Positions 18,557-29,088 are shown, numbered from the stretch's first letter. The stretch is 64,000 bases of DNA from Candidatus Woesebacteria bacterium GW2011_GWB1_33_22 (GCA_000989765.1 LBOW01000005.1:661-64660), one strand, 5' to 3'. Notes: generated from the sequence alone by a model not told the origin. Made by a program: numbers and translations.

Positions 18557-19465
18557 TTAAAAGCTCACTCCTTTCTCTCCTAATGCTGCAGAGATAATTT
18601 TTAGGGATTTTTCTCCTAAATTTCTTACTTTTACAAGTTCAGATTTATCTGCAGTAACCAAACTTTCAACTGTTTCAAAACCAGCTTTAGCTAGTGCGTT
18701 AGCAACTCTAGTTGGAAGTCCTATTTCTTCAACAGAAAGTCTTCCCACAAGTCCTAAATCATTAGTAACTTTTTCACTTACTTTTTCTTCTACCTTAATT
18801 GGATTAACAATTTGGTTAAAATATGAAACTAATACAACAGACGCTTTAACTACTGCATCTTTGGGTTCAATTGTTCCATCCGTCCAAACCTCCAAGGTTA
18901 ATTTGTCAAAATTTGTTAATCTTCCGACACGGGTTTCTTCAACTTTGTAATTAACACGTAAAATTGGTGAAAAAGATGCATCGAGTGGAATCATTCCGAT
19001 TTCGGAAGAACTTTTTGTATCAGCTGCAACATATCCTGATCCGGATTCAATTACTAAATCTGCATCTAATTTTGTACCCTTATTAAGGACTGCCAAAACT
19101 AAATCCGGATTTGTAACTTCTGCCCCAGTTGGAAGTTTGATATCTGATGCTTTAACTTCTCCAGCAGTTGTAACTTTTAAAGATGCATTAATTGGTTTAT
19201 CACCTCTATATGCAATTCTAACTTTTTTCAAATTTAAACAGAATTCAACAATATCTTCTTTCATGCCAATTAGGCTTGAAAATTGATGTTTAACTCCAGT
19301 GATTTTAACAGAGGTAATTGCTGCACCTCCTAATGAGGTTAATAAAACTCTCCTCAATGAATTACCTAACGTAAAGCCATAACCCTGTTCTAAAGGAGTT
19401 ATAACTAATTTAGAGTAATTTTTTTGTTTTTCTTCTTCTATTATTTCAAATATTGGTTGCGACAT
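18557..19465 (-). CDS. rpoA: RNA polymerase alpha subunit
   Basis: PLEQGYGFTLGNSLRRVLL, NLGEKS; strong SD AAGGAGGTGA. Confidence 0.98.
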   Translation of the reverse strand: MSQPIFEIIEEEKQKNYSKLVITPLEQGYGFTLGNSLRRVLLTSLGGAAITSVKITGVKHQFSSLIGMKEDIVEFCLNLKKVRIAYRGDKPINASLKVTTAGEVKASDIKLPTGAEVTNPDLVLAVLNKGTKLDADLVIESGSGYVAADTKSSSEIGMIPLDASFSPILRVNYKVEETRVGRLTNFDKLTLEVWTDGTIEPKDAVVKASVVLVSYFNQIVNPIKVEEKVSEKVTNDLGLVGRLSVEEIGLPTRVANALAKAGFETVESLVTADKSELVKVRNLGEKSLKIISAALGEKGVSF

Positions 19466-19471
19466 AAAATA

Positions 19472-20026
19472 TCACCTCCTTAAAACACGAAAATGGATTG
19501 TACCATTATCGTGAGTAAAACTTTCTAACCAGGAAGGTGCCTCATACTCATTGTCACTTACTAGTTTTTTAACAACGGGCATCTCAATTATTTTAGTAGA
19601 CAGTGAAACAACATCACCTGTTTTAACTTGGTATGACGGAATATTTACTTTTTTACCATTAACTAAAACATGTCTATGGGAAACAAGCTGTCTAGCCATT
19701 GGACGAGTTGTAGAAAATCCTAATTTATAAATTACGTTATCAAGTCTTTTCTCAAGCAAAACTAGAAGGGCTTCTCCAGTATTTCCTTTTGATTTGAGAG
19801 CTTTTTCTATATAAATTTTAAATTGCTTTTCCAAAATCCCATATATCCTTTTGACTTTTTGTTTTTCTCTTAATTGTCTTCCATATTGTGATGGAGCCTT
19901 TGTCTGGCCTTTTGGTCCATGAACACCGGGTAAAACATTAAGACGAGTTAGTTTTGCTCCTTTGTTAAAAAGGTCAACTCCTTCTCTTCTACTTAATCTA
20001 TCTTTAGGTCCATTATATTTAGCCAT
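19472..20026 (-). CDS. rpsD: 30S ribosomal protein S4, C-terminus disrupted
   Basis: QLREKQK, RLDNV, ARQLVSH.HVLVNG; the conserved FYSR* end sits out of frame at 19506-19520. Confidence 0.93.
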   Translation of the reverse strand: MAKYNGPKDRLSRREGVDLFNKGAKLTRLNVLPGVHGPKGQTKAPSQYGRQLREKQKVKRIYGILEKQFKIYIEKALKSKGNTGEALLVLLEKRLDNVIYKLGFSTTRPMARQLVSHRHVLVNGKKVNIPSYQVKTGDVVSLSTKIIEMPVVKKLVSDNEYEAPSWLESFTHDNGTIHFRVLRR

Positions 20027-20038
20027 GTTTTTAAAAAG

Positions 20039-20416
20039 TTATACGCGTCTTTTTTTCTTCGGTCTTGGTCCGTTATGTGGAATTGGCGTAACATCCGCGA
20101 TCAATGAAATTTTTATACCAGATGCTTTAACAGCGCGAAGAGCCGCATCTCTTCCTGGTCCTGGACCTTTGACATAAATTTCCACTTCATCAACCCCTTT
20201 ATCTTTTGCTTTTTTAAGAACAGTTTCAACAGCAGTAGTTGCTGCAAATGGGGTAGATTTTCTAGTACCTTTAAATCCTGATGCTCCAGAAGAACACCAA
20301 GCAAGTGTTGCTCCAGTCTCATCGCAAACAGAAACTAAAGTATTATTAAAAGATGCGGAGATATATATTTTTGCTGGTCCTTCTTTTTTAGTAGTTTTTG
20401 TCTTTTTGATTGCCAT
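20039..20416 (-). CDS. rpsK: 30S ribosomal protein S11
   Basis: SFNNT, RKSTPFAA, DVTPIPHNG. Confidence 0.98.
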   Translation of the reverse strand: MAIKKTKTTKKEGPAKIYISASFNNTLVSVCDETGATLAWCSSGASGFKGTRKSTPFAATTAVETVLKKAKDKGVDEVEIYVKGPGPGRDAALRAVKASGIKISLIADVTPIPHNGPRPKKKRRV

Positions 20417-20422
20417 ATATTT

Positions 20423-20827
20423 TTATTTTGATGGTGCACTTGTTGTTTGCTTTGCTAAAATTTCTTTCTTAAAGGCTCCTACAGTCTTTCTTTTACCTCT
20501 TTTAGTCCTAGCGTTTGTTTTTGTTCTTTGACCCCTAACTGGTAAGCCTTTTGAGTGTCTTAAACCTCTGTATGAACCAATTGTTTGAAGCCTTGTGATG
20601 TTTCCCCTCACTCTTCTTATTAAATCCCCTTCAGTTGGCATTTCTTCAAGTTTAGTTGTGATCTTGTTTAATTCTTCACTTGTTAAGTCTTTAATTCTCT
20701 TTGTAAGATCAAATTTAAGAAGCGACAATATCCTTTTGGAGGTTGGCCAGCCAATACCTTTAATTCTAGTTAGTGCATAATCTATTTTCCAATTATCGTT
20801 TAGTTCTATTCCTGATATTCTTGCCAT
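20423..20827 (-). CDS. rpsM: 30S ribosomal protein S13
   Basis: MARISG, YRGLRH..GLPVRGQRTKTNARTKRG. Confidence 0.98.
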   Translation of the reverse strand: MARISGIELNDNWKIDYALTRIKGIGWPTSKRILSLLKFDLTKRIKDLTSEELNKITTKLEEMPTEGDLIRRVRGNITRLQTIGSYRGLRHSKGLPVRGQRTKTNARTKRGKRKTVGAFKKEILAKQTTSAPSK

Positions 20828-20836
20828 AATTTTAAA

Positions 20837-20950
20837 TTAACCTTGTCTAGCTTTGTGTCTTGGATTTTTACAAATAACACGTAAAACTCCAGCTCTTTTG
20901 ATAAGCTTGCAATCTTTACATCTTTTCTTAATTGACGCTAATACTTGCAT
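20837..20950 (-). CDS. rpmJ: 50S ribosomal protein L36 (Zn-binding type)
   Basis: Not in ORF track. [37 protein letters not shown]. Confidence 0.97.
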   Translation of the reverse strand: MQVLASIKKRCKDCKLIKRAGVLRVICKNPRHKARQG

Positions 20951-20953
20951 AAT

Positions 20954-21169
20954 TTAATATTTATATACTATTCTTCCTCTCTCCTCATCATACTTTGTCA
21001 TTTCTACCTTAACTCTATCTCCAGGAAAAACTCTGACATAAGCCTTACGCATCTTACCTTTAAGGGTCGTAAGTAAGCTTTTCCCATCTACTGTAACGAC
21101 TCTAAACATCGTATTTGGCAATAACTCTGTAACTGTGCCCTCAAGAATGTAAATCCCATCTGTTTTCAT
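20954..21169 (-). CDS. infA: Translation initiation factor IF-1
   Basis: EGTVTELLPNTMFRV, GKMR, GDRVKVE, GRIVY. Confidence 0.96.
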   Translation of the reverse strand: MKTDGIYILEGTVTELLPNTMFRVVTVDGKSLLTTLKGKMRKAYVRVFPGDRVKVEMTKYDEERGRIVYKY

Positions 21170-21184
21170 GGCAAAAAAAATCAC

Positions 21185-21940
21185 TTAAGTGATTTTTTCA
21201 TATCCTTTCTCAGTAACAATAATTGTATCTTCGAAAAGTCCTGCTATTTTACCATCCTGAGTTGTGATTGTCCACCCATCATTTTCTTTAACCAGATTAG
21301 AACTACCTGCAACATACATAACTTCAACAGCAATTGCCATTCCAGGAACAATTTTAATAGATTCAATTCTTAATCCTTCAGTAAAACAGGGAATATATGG
21401 ATTTTCATGAAGGTTTTTACCAATTCCGTGTCCAGTTAAATCCAAAATTGGTCGAAATCCATACTTTTTAACAGTATCTTCTATGGCTTTTGAAATATCA
21501 TAAACATATGAATTATTAGGATCAATTGAAGAAATTGCGTTGTCAAATGCAAGTTTTCCTGCATTTAAAAAAATCTTAACTTCTTTTGAACCATTTAGAT
21601 CAAAACTAATTGATGTATCTGTATGAAAGCCTTTGTAGTACAACCCCAAATCAATACTGACCAGATCACCTTCTTTGAAAACCAAACTCTTGTGAGGTAT
21701 TCCATGAACTACACCATTATTGACATTAATACATGTACTCCAAGAATATCCCTTAACCATCTTAAAAGAGGGTTTTCCACCTGATTCTAATATTAACATT
21801 TCTGCCAAATCATCAATTACAGAAGCAGAAACACCAACTTTTACGGCTTTAAATAATTCATTCTTAATAAAAGAAAGTTTTTTTCCCCCCTCTCTCATTA
21901 TTTCCAATTCTTCTGGAGTTTTTAAACTAAATTTGTCCAT
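21185..21940 (-). CDS. map: Methionine aminopeptidase
   Basis: VVHGIP, DLG...HTD, GHGIG..LHE, FEDT. Confidence 0.96.
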   Translation of the reverse strand: MDKFSLKTPEELEIMREGGKKLSFIKNELFKAVKVGVSASVIDDLAEMLILESGGKPSFKMVKGYSWSTCINVNNGVVHGIPHKSLVFKEGDLVSIDLGLYYKGFHTDTSISFDLNGSKEVKIFLNAGKLAFDNAISSIDPNNSYVYDISKAIEDTVKKYGFRPILDLTGHGIGKNLHENPYIPCFTEGLRIESIKIVPGMAIAVEVMYVAGSSNLVKENDGWTITTQDGKIAGLFEDTIIVTEKGYEKIT

Positions 21941-22489
21941 TTATTTCTTGAAGCTTTCTATGATTTGTACTAATTCTTTTTGTATTTCTTCGATCGATCT
22001 CTCTCCATTAACTTCTACTATTTTAGTATCTTTTCTTATTTCATTAATTAAAATTTCTGTTCGACTTCTATAAAGTGAGAGCCTTTTAATAATTGCACTA
22101 GGTGTATCGTCTTCTCTTTTTCTAAGCAGTAATCTCTTTAGTGTTTCTTTTTCGCTTATTTCCAAAACAATTCCTAAATCAATTTTAACTTGTTTTTGTA
22201 CTAACCAATTTTTCAAAAAAATATATTGGTCCAAAGTTCTTGGAAAACCATCAAATAATATATCATCATATAAATTCTCTTGATCTAAATATGCTGTTAG
22301 ATATGATGTAAATTCTTCATCAGAAACAAGTTTGCCAGCATTCATGATAGCTTTAATTTTTGGATGATTTTTAGCTAATTTTCTAAGATAAGCCCCAGAT
22401 TCAAAATAGAAAAAACCAAATTTGTCGCGTAATAGTCTTGCTTGCGTTCCCTTCCCTGATCCTTGCGGTCCAAAAAGAATAATGTTCAT
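21941..22489 (-). CDS. adk: Adenylate kinase (short-lid type)
   Basis: GPQGSGKGTQA, DGFPRT, R.REDD without long LID. Confidence 0.94.
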   Translation of the reverse strand: MNIILFGPQGSGKGTQARLLRDKFGFFYFESGAYLRKLAKNHPKIKAIMNAGKLVSDEEFTSYLTAYLDQENLYDDILFDGFPRTLDQYIFLKNWLVQKQVKIDLGIVLEISEKETLKRLLLRKREDDTPSAIIKRLSLYRSRTEILINEIRKDTKIVEVNGERSIEEIQKELVQIIESFKK

Positions 22490-23766
22490 CTTGAGTAATC
22501 TCCGTACTTACTCATCAAAAGATCGCCTTCAATTTCTCTGATAATTTCTAATACTACTGAAATTGCAATTAATACACCAGTTCCTCCTATTGCTAGGTTA
22601 GATACTCCAATTGAATTTTGAAAAAGTGAAGGAAGTACTGCGACGAGGCCTAAAAATGATGCTCCAACCAAAGTAATTCTATTTAGGACGTATGATAAAT
22701 ATGTAATAGTTGCAGATCCAGGCCTTATGCCTGGAATAAATCCACCAGATTTTTGTAAATTCTCAGAAATTTTTTGAGGATTAAAGACAACAGATGTATA
22801 AAAATAAGTAAATCCAACAACTAATAAAAAGTAAATTACGTTGTAAACTAAAGATTGTGGATTGAAATATCTTTGAATGTTACTAGCAATATTAACAATT
22901 ACAGTATTTCCTGAAGCCCCTAAAAACTGAGTAATCATTGACGGCATCAAGACAAGAGAAACAGCAAAGATAATTGGTATAACGCCCGCTTGATTTAATC
23001 TTAATGGTAAATATGATTTTTGTTGCTGAAAACCCCTTGATGCTTTGGCATAACTTATTGGAATTTGACGAATGGCTTCATTTACAAAAATAATAAGTCC
23101 CATAACCAATAAGGCAACGCTTGCAAAAATTACAAGTTTCAAAGTATCTTCTGCTTTAAACGTTGATATCGTTTGTCCCAAGGTTATAGGAAGTCTTGAA
23201 ATAATACCAACAAAAATAAGAAATGATACTCCACTTTTGAATGCATATTCTGTAATTAAATCTCCAAGCCAAACAGCAAGCATGGTTCCAGCTGTCATTG
23301 TTAAACAAAGAAAAACAAGTTGCATTAGGCTTAAATTACCAATGATGTTCTGAGATTTCAATAGTGCATACATACCAAACGACTGTAAAATTGCCAAGGG
23401 GACAGTCAAAAATCTTGTGTATTGATTAATTTTTTCCTGACCATACTCACCCTCTTTTTGTAATTCTTCAAGTGCAGGTACAACATAACCTAAAAGTTGT
23501 AAAATAATCGAGGCATTAATGTAAGGGTTAAGTCCCAAGGCCATTATTGAAAAATTAGCTAAAGTTCCACCGGAAAAAACATCTAATAGTGATAGAAGGG
23601 GACTACCTAAAAATAATGCTGATAAGCTTTCCTTATCAATACCGGCCGCTGGAATATGAGCCGCTATTCTAAATACCAAGAGGGCTAGAGCTACTACAAA
23701 AATTTTTTTTCTAAGCCTTTTATCCCTACTTATTTTGTTAAAAAATTGGGCAATATATGGAAACAT
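22486..23766 (-). CDS. secY: Protein translocase SecY
   Basis: SIMALGLNPYINASII, AGVIPIIFA, FIPGIRPG. Confidence 0.98.
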   Translation of the reverse strand: MFPYIAQFFNKISRDKRLRKKIFVVALALLVFRIAAHIPAAGIDKESLSALFLGSPLLSLLDVFSGGTLANFSIMALGLNPYINASIILQLLGYVVPALEELQKEGEYGQEKINQYTRFLTVPLAILQSFGMYALLKSQNIIGNLSLMQLVFLCLTMTAGTMLAVWLGDLITEYAFKSGVSFLIFVGIISRLPITLGQTISTFKAEDTLKLVIFASVALLVMGLIIFVNEAIRQIPISYAKASRGFQQQKSYLPLRLNQAGVIPIIFAVSLVLMPSMITQFLGASGNTVIVNIASNIQRYFNPQSLVYNVIYFLLVVGFTYFYTSVVFNPQKISENLQKSGGFIPGIRPGSATITYLSYVLNRITLVGASFLGLVAVLPSLFQNSIGVSNLAIGGTGVLIAISVVLEIIREIEGDLLMSKYGDYSR

Positions 23767-23776
23767 TAAATGTTAT

Positions 23777-24142
23777 TTACTTTGATACGGACACCTCGAA
23801 AACAAGATCTTTTTTAAAATCACTTTTACCTAAAATTTTAACTCCATAACTATTAGCGTCTTCTTTGGTCACAAGACCTTTTTTGATTAAGAGTTCGATA
23901 TTAACTTTTTCTCCTTTTTTCAAATCCTTTAGTTTGTCTATATTAATTTCAACAGGTTTATGTTTTGCTGCAAATTTACCTCTACCGCGAAGAAGTGGTA
24001 ACCTTTTTAATGTTGATTTTTTAACTTTGAGGCCCTGAAAAAGTATATGAATATCTGTTCTTGATTTTTGACCTTTTTGTCCACGGCCACTTGTGTGTCC
24101 ACCTTTTCCACTACCATATCCTCTTCCTAGTCTTTTAGCCAT
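23777..24142 (-). CDS. rplO: 50S ribosomal protein L15 (short)
   Basis: RLGRGYGSGKG.TSGRGQKGQKSR, VKILG. Confidence 0.95.
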   Translation of the reverse strand: MAKRLGRGYGSGKGGHTSGRGQKGQKSRTDIHILFQGLKVKKSTLKRLPLLRGRGKFAAKHKPVEINIDKLKDLKKGEKVNIELLIKKGLVTKEDANSYGVKILGKSDFKKDLVFEVSVSK

Positions 24143-24617
24143 TTTTTTTCATTGCCTCCTTTTTTTCTTTCAATTCAGATGTCATTTGTAGAGCTTGAAT
24201 TGTTGCTCTTACACTTCCAATTTTACTGCTTCCACCCAAAGTCTTACCAACTACATCACGAAGACCAGAAGACTCTAATACAACTCTCATTGGCCCACCA
24301 GCAATAATACCAGAACCTGGAGGAGCTGGTTTAAGTAATACTTTAGATGCACCAATTTTTGATATAACTGAATAGGGAATAGTCGTCCCCCTCATTGTTA
24401 TAACAATCATGTTTTTCTTAGCATCTTCAATTGCCTTTCTAATAGCATTTCTAACATCGTGTGCTTTAGAAATTCCCATACCAACCTTTCCTTTTTTATC
24501 ACCTAAAACAATTACAGCTCCAAATCTAATTTGATTTCCACCTTTAGTTTTTTTAGAAATCCGATTGATTTGGACTACTGTCTCATTAAATTCTCTTATC
24601 TCTTGTTGATACATCAA
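24135..24617 (-). CDS. rpsE: 30S ribosomal protein S5
   Basis: [26 protein letters not shown]. Confidence 0.97.
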   Translation of the reverse strand: MMYQQEIREFNETVVQINRISKKTKGGNQIRFGAVIVLGDKKGKVGMGISKAHDVRNAIRKAIEDAKKNMIVITMRGTTIPYSVISKIGASKVLLKPAPPGSGIIAGGPMRVVLESSGLRDVVGKTLGGSSKIGSVRATIQALQMTSELKEKKEAMKKNG

Positions 24618-24931
24618 AATTCTAACCCTCCTTCTCTGGCACCTTCAGCAACAGCTTTAACTTTTCCATGATATCTATAACCACCCTTATCAAAAATAAT
24701 TAATTTTACTTTTTTTAATTTTGCTTTCTCAGCCAAATTTAATCCAACTTCTTTGCCAGTTTTTCCTTTTGCTGAAACTAATGTATGACCTTTTAGATCA
24801 TCAATAATTTGCGCATAAACAGCCTTGTTTGACCTAAAAACTGAAAGTCTAGGCCTTAATTTTAAAAGCTTTGATCTCGTTCTTAATTGCCTTTTTATAA
24901 CCAAAGATGACTTTGTAAATTTAGTTTTCAT
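24614..24931 (-). CDS. rplR: 50S ribosomal protein L18
   Basis: [33 protein letters not shown]. Confidence 0.97.
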   Translation of the reverse strand: MKTKFTKSSLVIKRQLRTRSKLLKLRPRLSVFRSNKAVYAQIIDDLKGHTLVSAKGKTGKEVGLNLAEKAKLKKVKLIIFDKGGYRYHGKVKAVAEGAREGGLEF

Positions 24932-24933
24932 AA

Positions 24934-25476
24934 TTACGCTGCAGTTTTAGCTGCTTTACCTGCTTTTCTTCTAATTACTTCATCTGTATACTTCACACCC
25001 TTACCTTTATACGGTTCAGGTGGTCTCGATCCTCTAACATTGGCTGATATTTGACCAACCACTGCTCTATCTATTCCATCAACTGTTATTATTCCTTTTT
25101 CAACTTTAAAAGTAATTCCCTCTGGTGCTTCAATTTTAATTGGATGAGAATATCCAACAGTTAGAACTAAAATATTACCCTGAACTTCGGCGCGATAGCC
25201 AGTACCAATTAGTTCTAGCTGTTTTGACCAACCAGAACTCACACCTATAACCATATTGTATATAAGTTTTCTAGTTGTTCCCCAGATTGATTTTGCAAAT
25301 TTAGTATTTTTAGCAACAGATACAATTAAATTATTATCTTCCTGTTTCACCGTTACCAACTCATCAATAGTAATTGTTAATTTACCTTTGGGACCGTTGA
25401 TAGATATCAATTTATTATTAATCTCTATTGTTACTCCGTCTAATATTTGTATTGGTAATTGTCCGATTTTACTCAT
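24934..25476 (-). CDS. rplF: 50S ribosomal protein L6
   Basis: [19 protein letters not shown]. Confidence 0.98.
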   Translation of the reverse strand: MSKIGQLPIQILDGVTIEINNKLISINGPKGKLTITIDELVTVKQEDNNLIVSVAKNTKFAKSIWGTTRKLIYNMVIGVSSGWSKQLELIGTGYRAEVQGNILVLTVGYSHPIKIEAPEGITFKVEKGIITVDGIDRAVVGQISANVRGSRPPEPYKGKGVKYTDEVIRRKAGKAAKTAA

Positions 25477-25486
25477 ATTTTTTAGA

Positions 25487-25864
25487 TTAAATTACTTTGG
25501 CAATCAACTCACCACCAACTCTTTCTTTTTTGGCTCTTTTTCCTGACATTATTCCCTTAGGTGTAGTTAAAATTAAAATATCAGGCTTATGATAACTTTC
25601 TATTTTCTCAACATTCATATAAATTCTTAGCCCAGGCTTTGAAACTATTTTTATATTAGAAAGTACTGGCTTTTTATTAAAAATAGAAAGTTTTATTGTA
25701 ATATTTTTTTTGTTTACTTCAATTGAATCTATAAAACCTTCAGATTTTAAAGCTTTTGCAACCTCTAAAACCATCCCAGAATTAAAGAAGGTTACCTCTT
25801 TAATTCCTGCCATACTGGCATTTTTAATTCTAATTAAAAAGTCTCCAATTTGATAGTTTGTCAT
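25487..25864 (-). CDS. rpsH: 30S ribosomal protein S8
   Basis: DFLIRIKNA, SKPGLRIY, VGGE. Confidence 0.97.
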   Translation of the reverse strand: MTNYQIGDFLIRIKNASMAGIKEVTFFNSGMVLEVAKALKSEGFIDSIEVNKKNITIKLSIFNKKPVLSNIKIVSKPGLRIYMNVEKIESYHKPDILILTTPKGIMSGKRAKKERVGGELIAKVI

Positions 25865-26049
25865 TACCAGCTAGCCTTTCTTACACCTGGAAGTTCACCC
25901 ATTAGAGCGTGTTCTCTAAAACAAAGTCTACAGATTCCGTATTTTCTCATATATCCTCTCGGTCGTCCACAAAGCTTACACCTGTTTCGGTATCTATTCT
26001 TGTATTTCAGTTTTTTTGTTTCTCTAACTTCTTTTGATGTTTTTGCCAT
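25864..26049 (-). CDS. rpsN: 30S ribosomal protein S14 (Zn type)
   Basis: RCKLCGRPR...CRLCFRE...KASW. Confidence 0.97.
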   Translation of the reverse strand: MAKTSKEVRETKKLKYKNRYRNRCKLCGRPRGYMRKYGICRLCFREHALMGELPGVRKASW

Positions 26050-26052
26050 ATA

Positions 26053-26604
26053 TTAATTTTTAACTTCTTTTACAAAAGGCATTCCCAATAATTCAAGTAG
26101 TTTTTCACCTTTTTCCTTTGACTTTGCATTAGTTGTAAATGTTATCTCCATTCCATGACCGGGAGCTGCTTTTGTGATATCAATCTCTGGAAAAACTGTA
26201 TGATCAGTTAATCCAATTGTATAATTTCCACGCTTATCAAAACTTGTTCTCTTAACTCCTCTAAAATCACGGAGTCGAGGAAGAACAATGTTAACAAATT
26301 TATCAAAAAAATCATACATTCTGATTCCTCTTAAGGTTAGGCCAAGGCCAACAACCATTCCTTTCCTAATTGCAAAGGTAGCAACTGAGATTTTAGCTTT
26401 TCTTTCTGATGGCTTTTGTCCAGCAATTAGGGAGATATCTTTAATCAACTGTTCTTTAGCTTCTTTATTTTTAATTAAATCTCCAATACCAACATTCATA
26501 CTAATTTTAGTCAATCTAGGAATTGCCATGGAATTTTTAATTCCAAATTCCTTAGCTAATTCTTTCGATATTTCTTTTTGATATTTGTCGATTAATCTGG
26601 TCAT
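26053..26604 (-). CDS. rplE: 50S ribosomal protein L5
   Basis: GQKP, LPRLRDFRG, FPEI. Confidence 0.97.
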   Translation of the reverse strand: MTRLIDKYQKEISKELAKEFGIKNSMAIPRLTKISMNVGIGDLIKNKEAKEQLIKDISLIAGQKPSERKAKISVATFAIRKGMVVGLGLTLRGIRMYDFFDKFVNIVLPRLRDFRGVKRTSFDKRGNYTIGLTDHTVFPEIDITKAAPGHGMEITFTTNAKSKEKGEKLLELLGMPFVKEVKN

Positions 26605-26906
26605 ATTTTTTTCTCACACTTTTTACAAAATCTGTTTATCTCATTTTTTTCCCTAACTATTTTTACCCTTGTAATCTTTTTGCAACTTGGACAAATTAAG
26701 GCTACTTTGGCAATATTTAAAGCCCTTGGTATGTCATATATTCCCGACTTTACTCCCCCTTGATTTCCTTTGACATGTTTCTTGTAAAGATTAACTCCTG
26801 TAACAAGAACAGAATTTTCTTTAGGGTAAAGTTTTTCAACTTTACCTTCTCTACCTTTGTCTTTACCTAAAACTACTTTTACATTATCTCCAGTTCGTAA
26901 TTTCAT
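26601..26906 (-). CDS. rplX: 50S ribosomal protein L24
   Basis: GDNV.V..GKDKG..G, KKHVK; two CxxC. Confidence 0.96.
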   Translation of the reverse strand: MKLRTGDNVKVVLGKDKGREGKVEKLYPKENSVLVTGVNLYKKHVKGNQGGVKSGIYDIPRALNIAKVALICPSCKKITRVKIVREKNEINRFCKKCEKKI

Positions 26907-27268
26907 ACAACCTCCCTTGCTAAAGATGCTATTTTATTAAATCCCACTTCTTTAACTTCTCTTGCAATCGGACCTAATACTCTAGTACCCAACGGCATCC
27001 CTTGTTTGTCAATTACAACTCCTGCGTTGTCATCAAATCTAATATAAGTTCCATCAAATCTACTTACCTCTTTTTTAGTTCTAACTATTAAAACCCTTAC
27101 CTTCTCATGGTCTTTAACTACTCCGTTTGGATCAGATCCTTTGACAACACACAAGACAACATCTCCCAAAGTCGCAATTTTCCCGATTCTACCGGGAACA
27201 CCAATAATCATTAGGTGTTTTGCGCCTGAATTATCAGCCGGATTTAGAAATGATCTTAGTTGTACCAT
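26903..27268 (-). CDS. rplN: 50S ribosomal protein L14
   Basis: ADNSGAK, RFDDNA, GTRVLGP.ARE. Confidence 0.98.
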   Translation of the reverse strand: MVQLRSFLNPADNSGAKHLMIIGVPGRIGKIATLGDVVLCVVKGSDPNGVVKDHEKVRVLIVRTKKEVSRFDGTYIRFDDNAGVVIDKQGMPLGTRVLGPIAREVKEVGFNKIASLAREVV

Positions 27269-27270
27269 AG

Positions 27271-27495
27271 TTATTTATTTTCTAATACTTTCCATCTTTT
27301 CATTTTACTTATTGGCCTTGTCTCAACAAACTTAACAATCTCACCAACTTTATGTTCACTTTCAGAATGTACTTGATACTTTTTACTTCTTGTAAACCTC
27401 TTTTTATAAAGAGGGTGAGCAAGAAGTCTTTCAACTTCTATAACTAAAGTCTTTTTGTTTTTGTTAGATATTATCTTTCCTTGGAATATTTTCAT
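27271..27495 (-). CDS. rpsQ: 30S ribosomal protein S17
   Basis: HPLYKK, ETRPISK.KRW. Confidence 0.97.
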   Translation of the reverse strand: MKIFQGKIISNKNKKTLVIEVERLLAHPLYKKRFTRSKKYQVHSESEHKVGEIVKFVETRPISKMKRWKVLENK

Positions 27496-27689
27496 TTTTT
27501 AATCTCCTTAACTATTGTTAAAATCTGTGCGATCTCCTTTTTTAAAGTTTTTTGTACTTTAATGTTTTTTTCTTTGGCTCCAGATATTTTAACTGCATTT
27601 TTAATAACTTCAAGCTTCTTTTGGGCCGTTAGAGATAAAAGATTTTTTATATCTTTGTTTCTTAACTCTTTTAGATCTTTTATTTTCAT
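27492..27689 (-). CDS. rpmC: 50S ribosomal protein L29
   Basis: Position between rplP and rpsQ; KELR, KKEIAQILT. Confidence 0.9.
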   Translation of the reverse strand: MKIKDLKELRNKDIKNLLSLTAQKKLEVIKNAVKISGAKEKNIKVQKTLKKEIAQILTIVKEIKK

Positions 27690-28090
27690 TTTTCCACCAT
27701 TCTAGTCGCTATAGGTAATTTAGCAGATGCTCTAATAAAAGCCTCCCTAACAGTTTCCTTGGGTGCACCAGCAACTTCAAATAATATTCTACCAGGCTTA
27801 ACTACAGCAACATGTTTAACTACCTCCCCTTTTCCTCCACCCATTCTTTTACCAGCTGCACGCCCACTAATTGGTTTATCAGGAAAAACCCTTATCCACA
27901 TTTTTCCACCCCTTTTAAGGTGATGTGTAATTGCTTTCCTACAAGCTTCGATTTGTTGCGCACTTATCCAAGCAACTTCCATTGCTTTTAATCCAAAGTC
28001 TCCAAATGAGATATCACTTCCTCGAAGAGCTGTCCCCCTTCTTCTGCCTCTAAAATTTTTAATAAATTTTTCTCTTTTTGGTTGCAACAT
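27686..28090 (-). CDS. rplP: 50S ribosomal protein L16
   Basis: MLQPKR, WIRVFPDKP, RMGGGKG. Confidence 0.98.
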   Translation of the reverse strand: MLQPKREKFIKNFRGRRRGTALRGSDISFGDFGLKAMEVAWISAQQIEACRKAITHHLKRGGKMWIRVFPDKPISGRAAGKRMGGGKGEVVKHVAVVKPGRILFEVAGAPKETVREAFIRASAKLPIATRMVEK

Positions 28091-28092
28091 CT

Positions 28093-28743
28093 TTAGCTTT
28101 CCTTTCTATGTATCCAAACTTTCACTCCGACATATCCTCTTCTAGTTAAGGCCGGTATTTCCGCATAATCAATATCTTCCCTTAAGGTCTGTGTCGGCAC
28201 TGAACCTTGATGAAATTTCTCTACCCTTGAAATCTCAGCTCCATTGATACGTCCACCTAAAACAACTTTAATTCCTCCTGCACCCGCCATCATCACTCGA
28301 TCCATTGCTTTAGTTATTGAACGTCGATGTGGAATTCTTCTTTCCAAATCAGATACAATTCTACCCGCAATTAAGTAAGCTGAAAGTTCAGGGCTTTTAA
28401 TTTCATTAACTTTTAAATCAATCTTTAAACTGGCAACGGATGAATTTTTGTTAAGTTTAATAATTTTAACGATCTCTTTTTTCAAATCCTCAATTCCTGA
28501 ACCACCTCTACCTATAACAACACCAGGACGGGACACTGAAACTATTATAACGATTGATTTAGGTAGTCTTTCAATCTCAATATTATTGATACCGGCAAGA
28601 GCTAATTTCTTTAGTAAAGTCTCTCTAATTTTTATATCTTCAATCAAGAAGTCTTTGTAATTTGCCGAATCAGAAAACCATCTAGATTTCCAGCCTATCG
28701 TTCTTCCTGTTCTAAAACCAATTGGATTAACTTTTTGTCCCAT
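28093..28743 (-). CDS. rpsC: 30S ribosomal protein S3
   Basis: MGQKVNPIGFR, RPGVVIGRGG, GVKVWI. Confidence 0.98.
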   Translation of the reverse strand: MGQKVNPIGFRTGRTIGWKSRWFSDSANYKDFLIEDIKIRETLLKKLALAGINNIEIERLPKSIVIIVSVSRPGVVIGRGGSGIEDLKKEIVKIIKLNKNSSVASLKIDLKVNEIKSPELSAYLIAGRIVSDLERRIPHRRSITKAMDRVMMAGAGGIKVVLGGRINGAEISRVEKFHQGSVPTQTLREDIDYAEIPALTRRGYVGVKVWIHRKES

Positions 28744-29083
28744 GTTTTGTTTCTAATTTGGTCATTAATATAATTTTTATATGACTCATTCTTTTTTTTA
28801 TTGGGTGCCATCTACCACGAGATACAGGCTGGCCTCTTTTGAGTCTTGGTCCTTCACCAATCTGAATCTCTTTAAATTTAAGTTCAGTTATAGTTACCCC
28901 TTTTTGTGTAGCATTAGCAACAGCTGATTTAATAACTTTTAAAATTAAGTTAGATCCTCTTTTCTTGATAAAGGGGAGTAAGTCGATTGCTTTTTGAACA
29001 CTTAATTTTCGAAGAACATCAGCAATAGGTCTTAGTTTCCTAGGACTAATTATTAAATGTTTTTGTTCTGATTTTATAATCAT
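28727..29083 (-). CDS. rplV: 50S ribosomal protein L22
   Basis: SPRKLR, SAVANA, GPRLKR, SHI. Confidence 0.97.
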   Translation of the reverse strand: MIIKSEQKHLIISPRKLRPIADVLRKLSVQKAIDLLPFIKKRGSNLILKVIKSAVANATQKGVTITELKFKEIQIGEGPRLKRGQPVSRGRWHPIKKRMSHIKIILMTKLETKHGTKS

Positions 29084-29088
29084 ATATA

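Noticed and set aside
19500-19530. Programmed frameshift restoring S4
   Set aside because: A shift would restore only FYSR; the intervening conserved segment is absent from the DNA
20828-20953. Apparent loss of L36
   Set aside because: rpmJ is present at 20837-20950, below the ORF-track size cut-off
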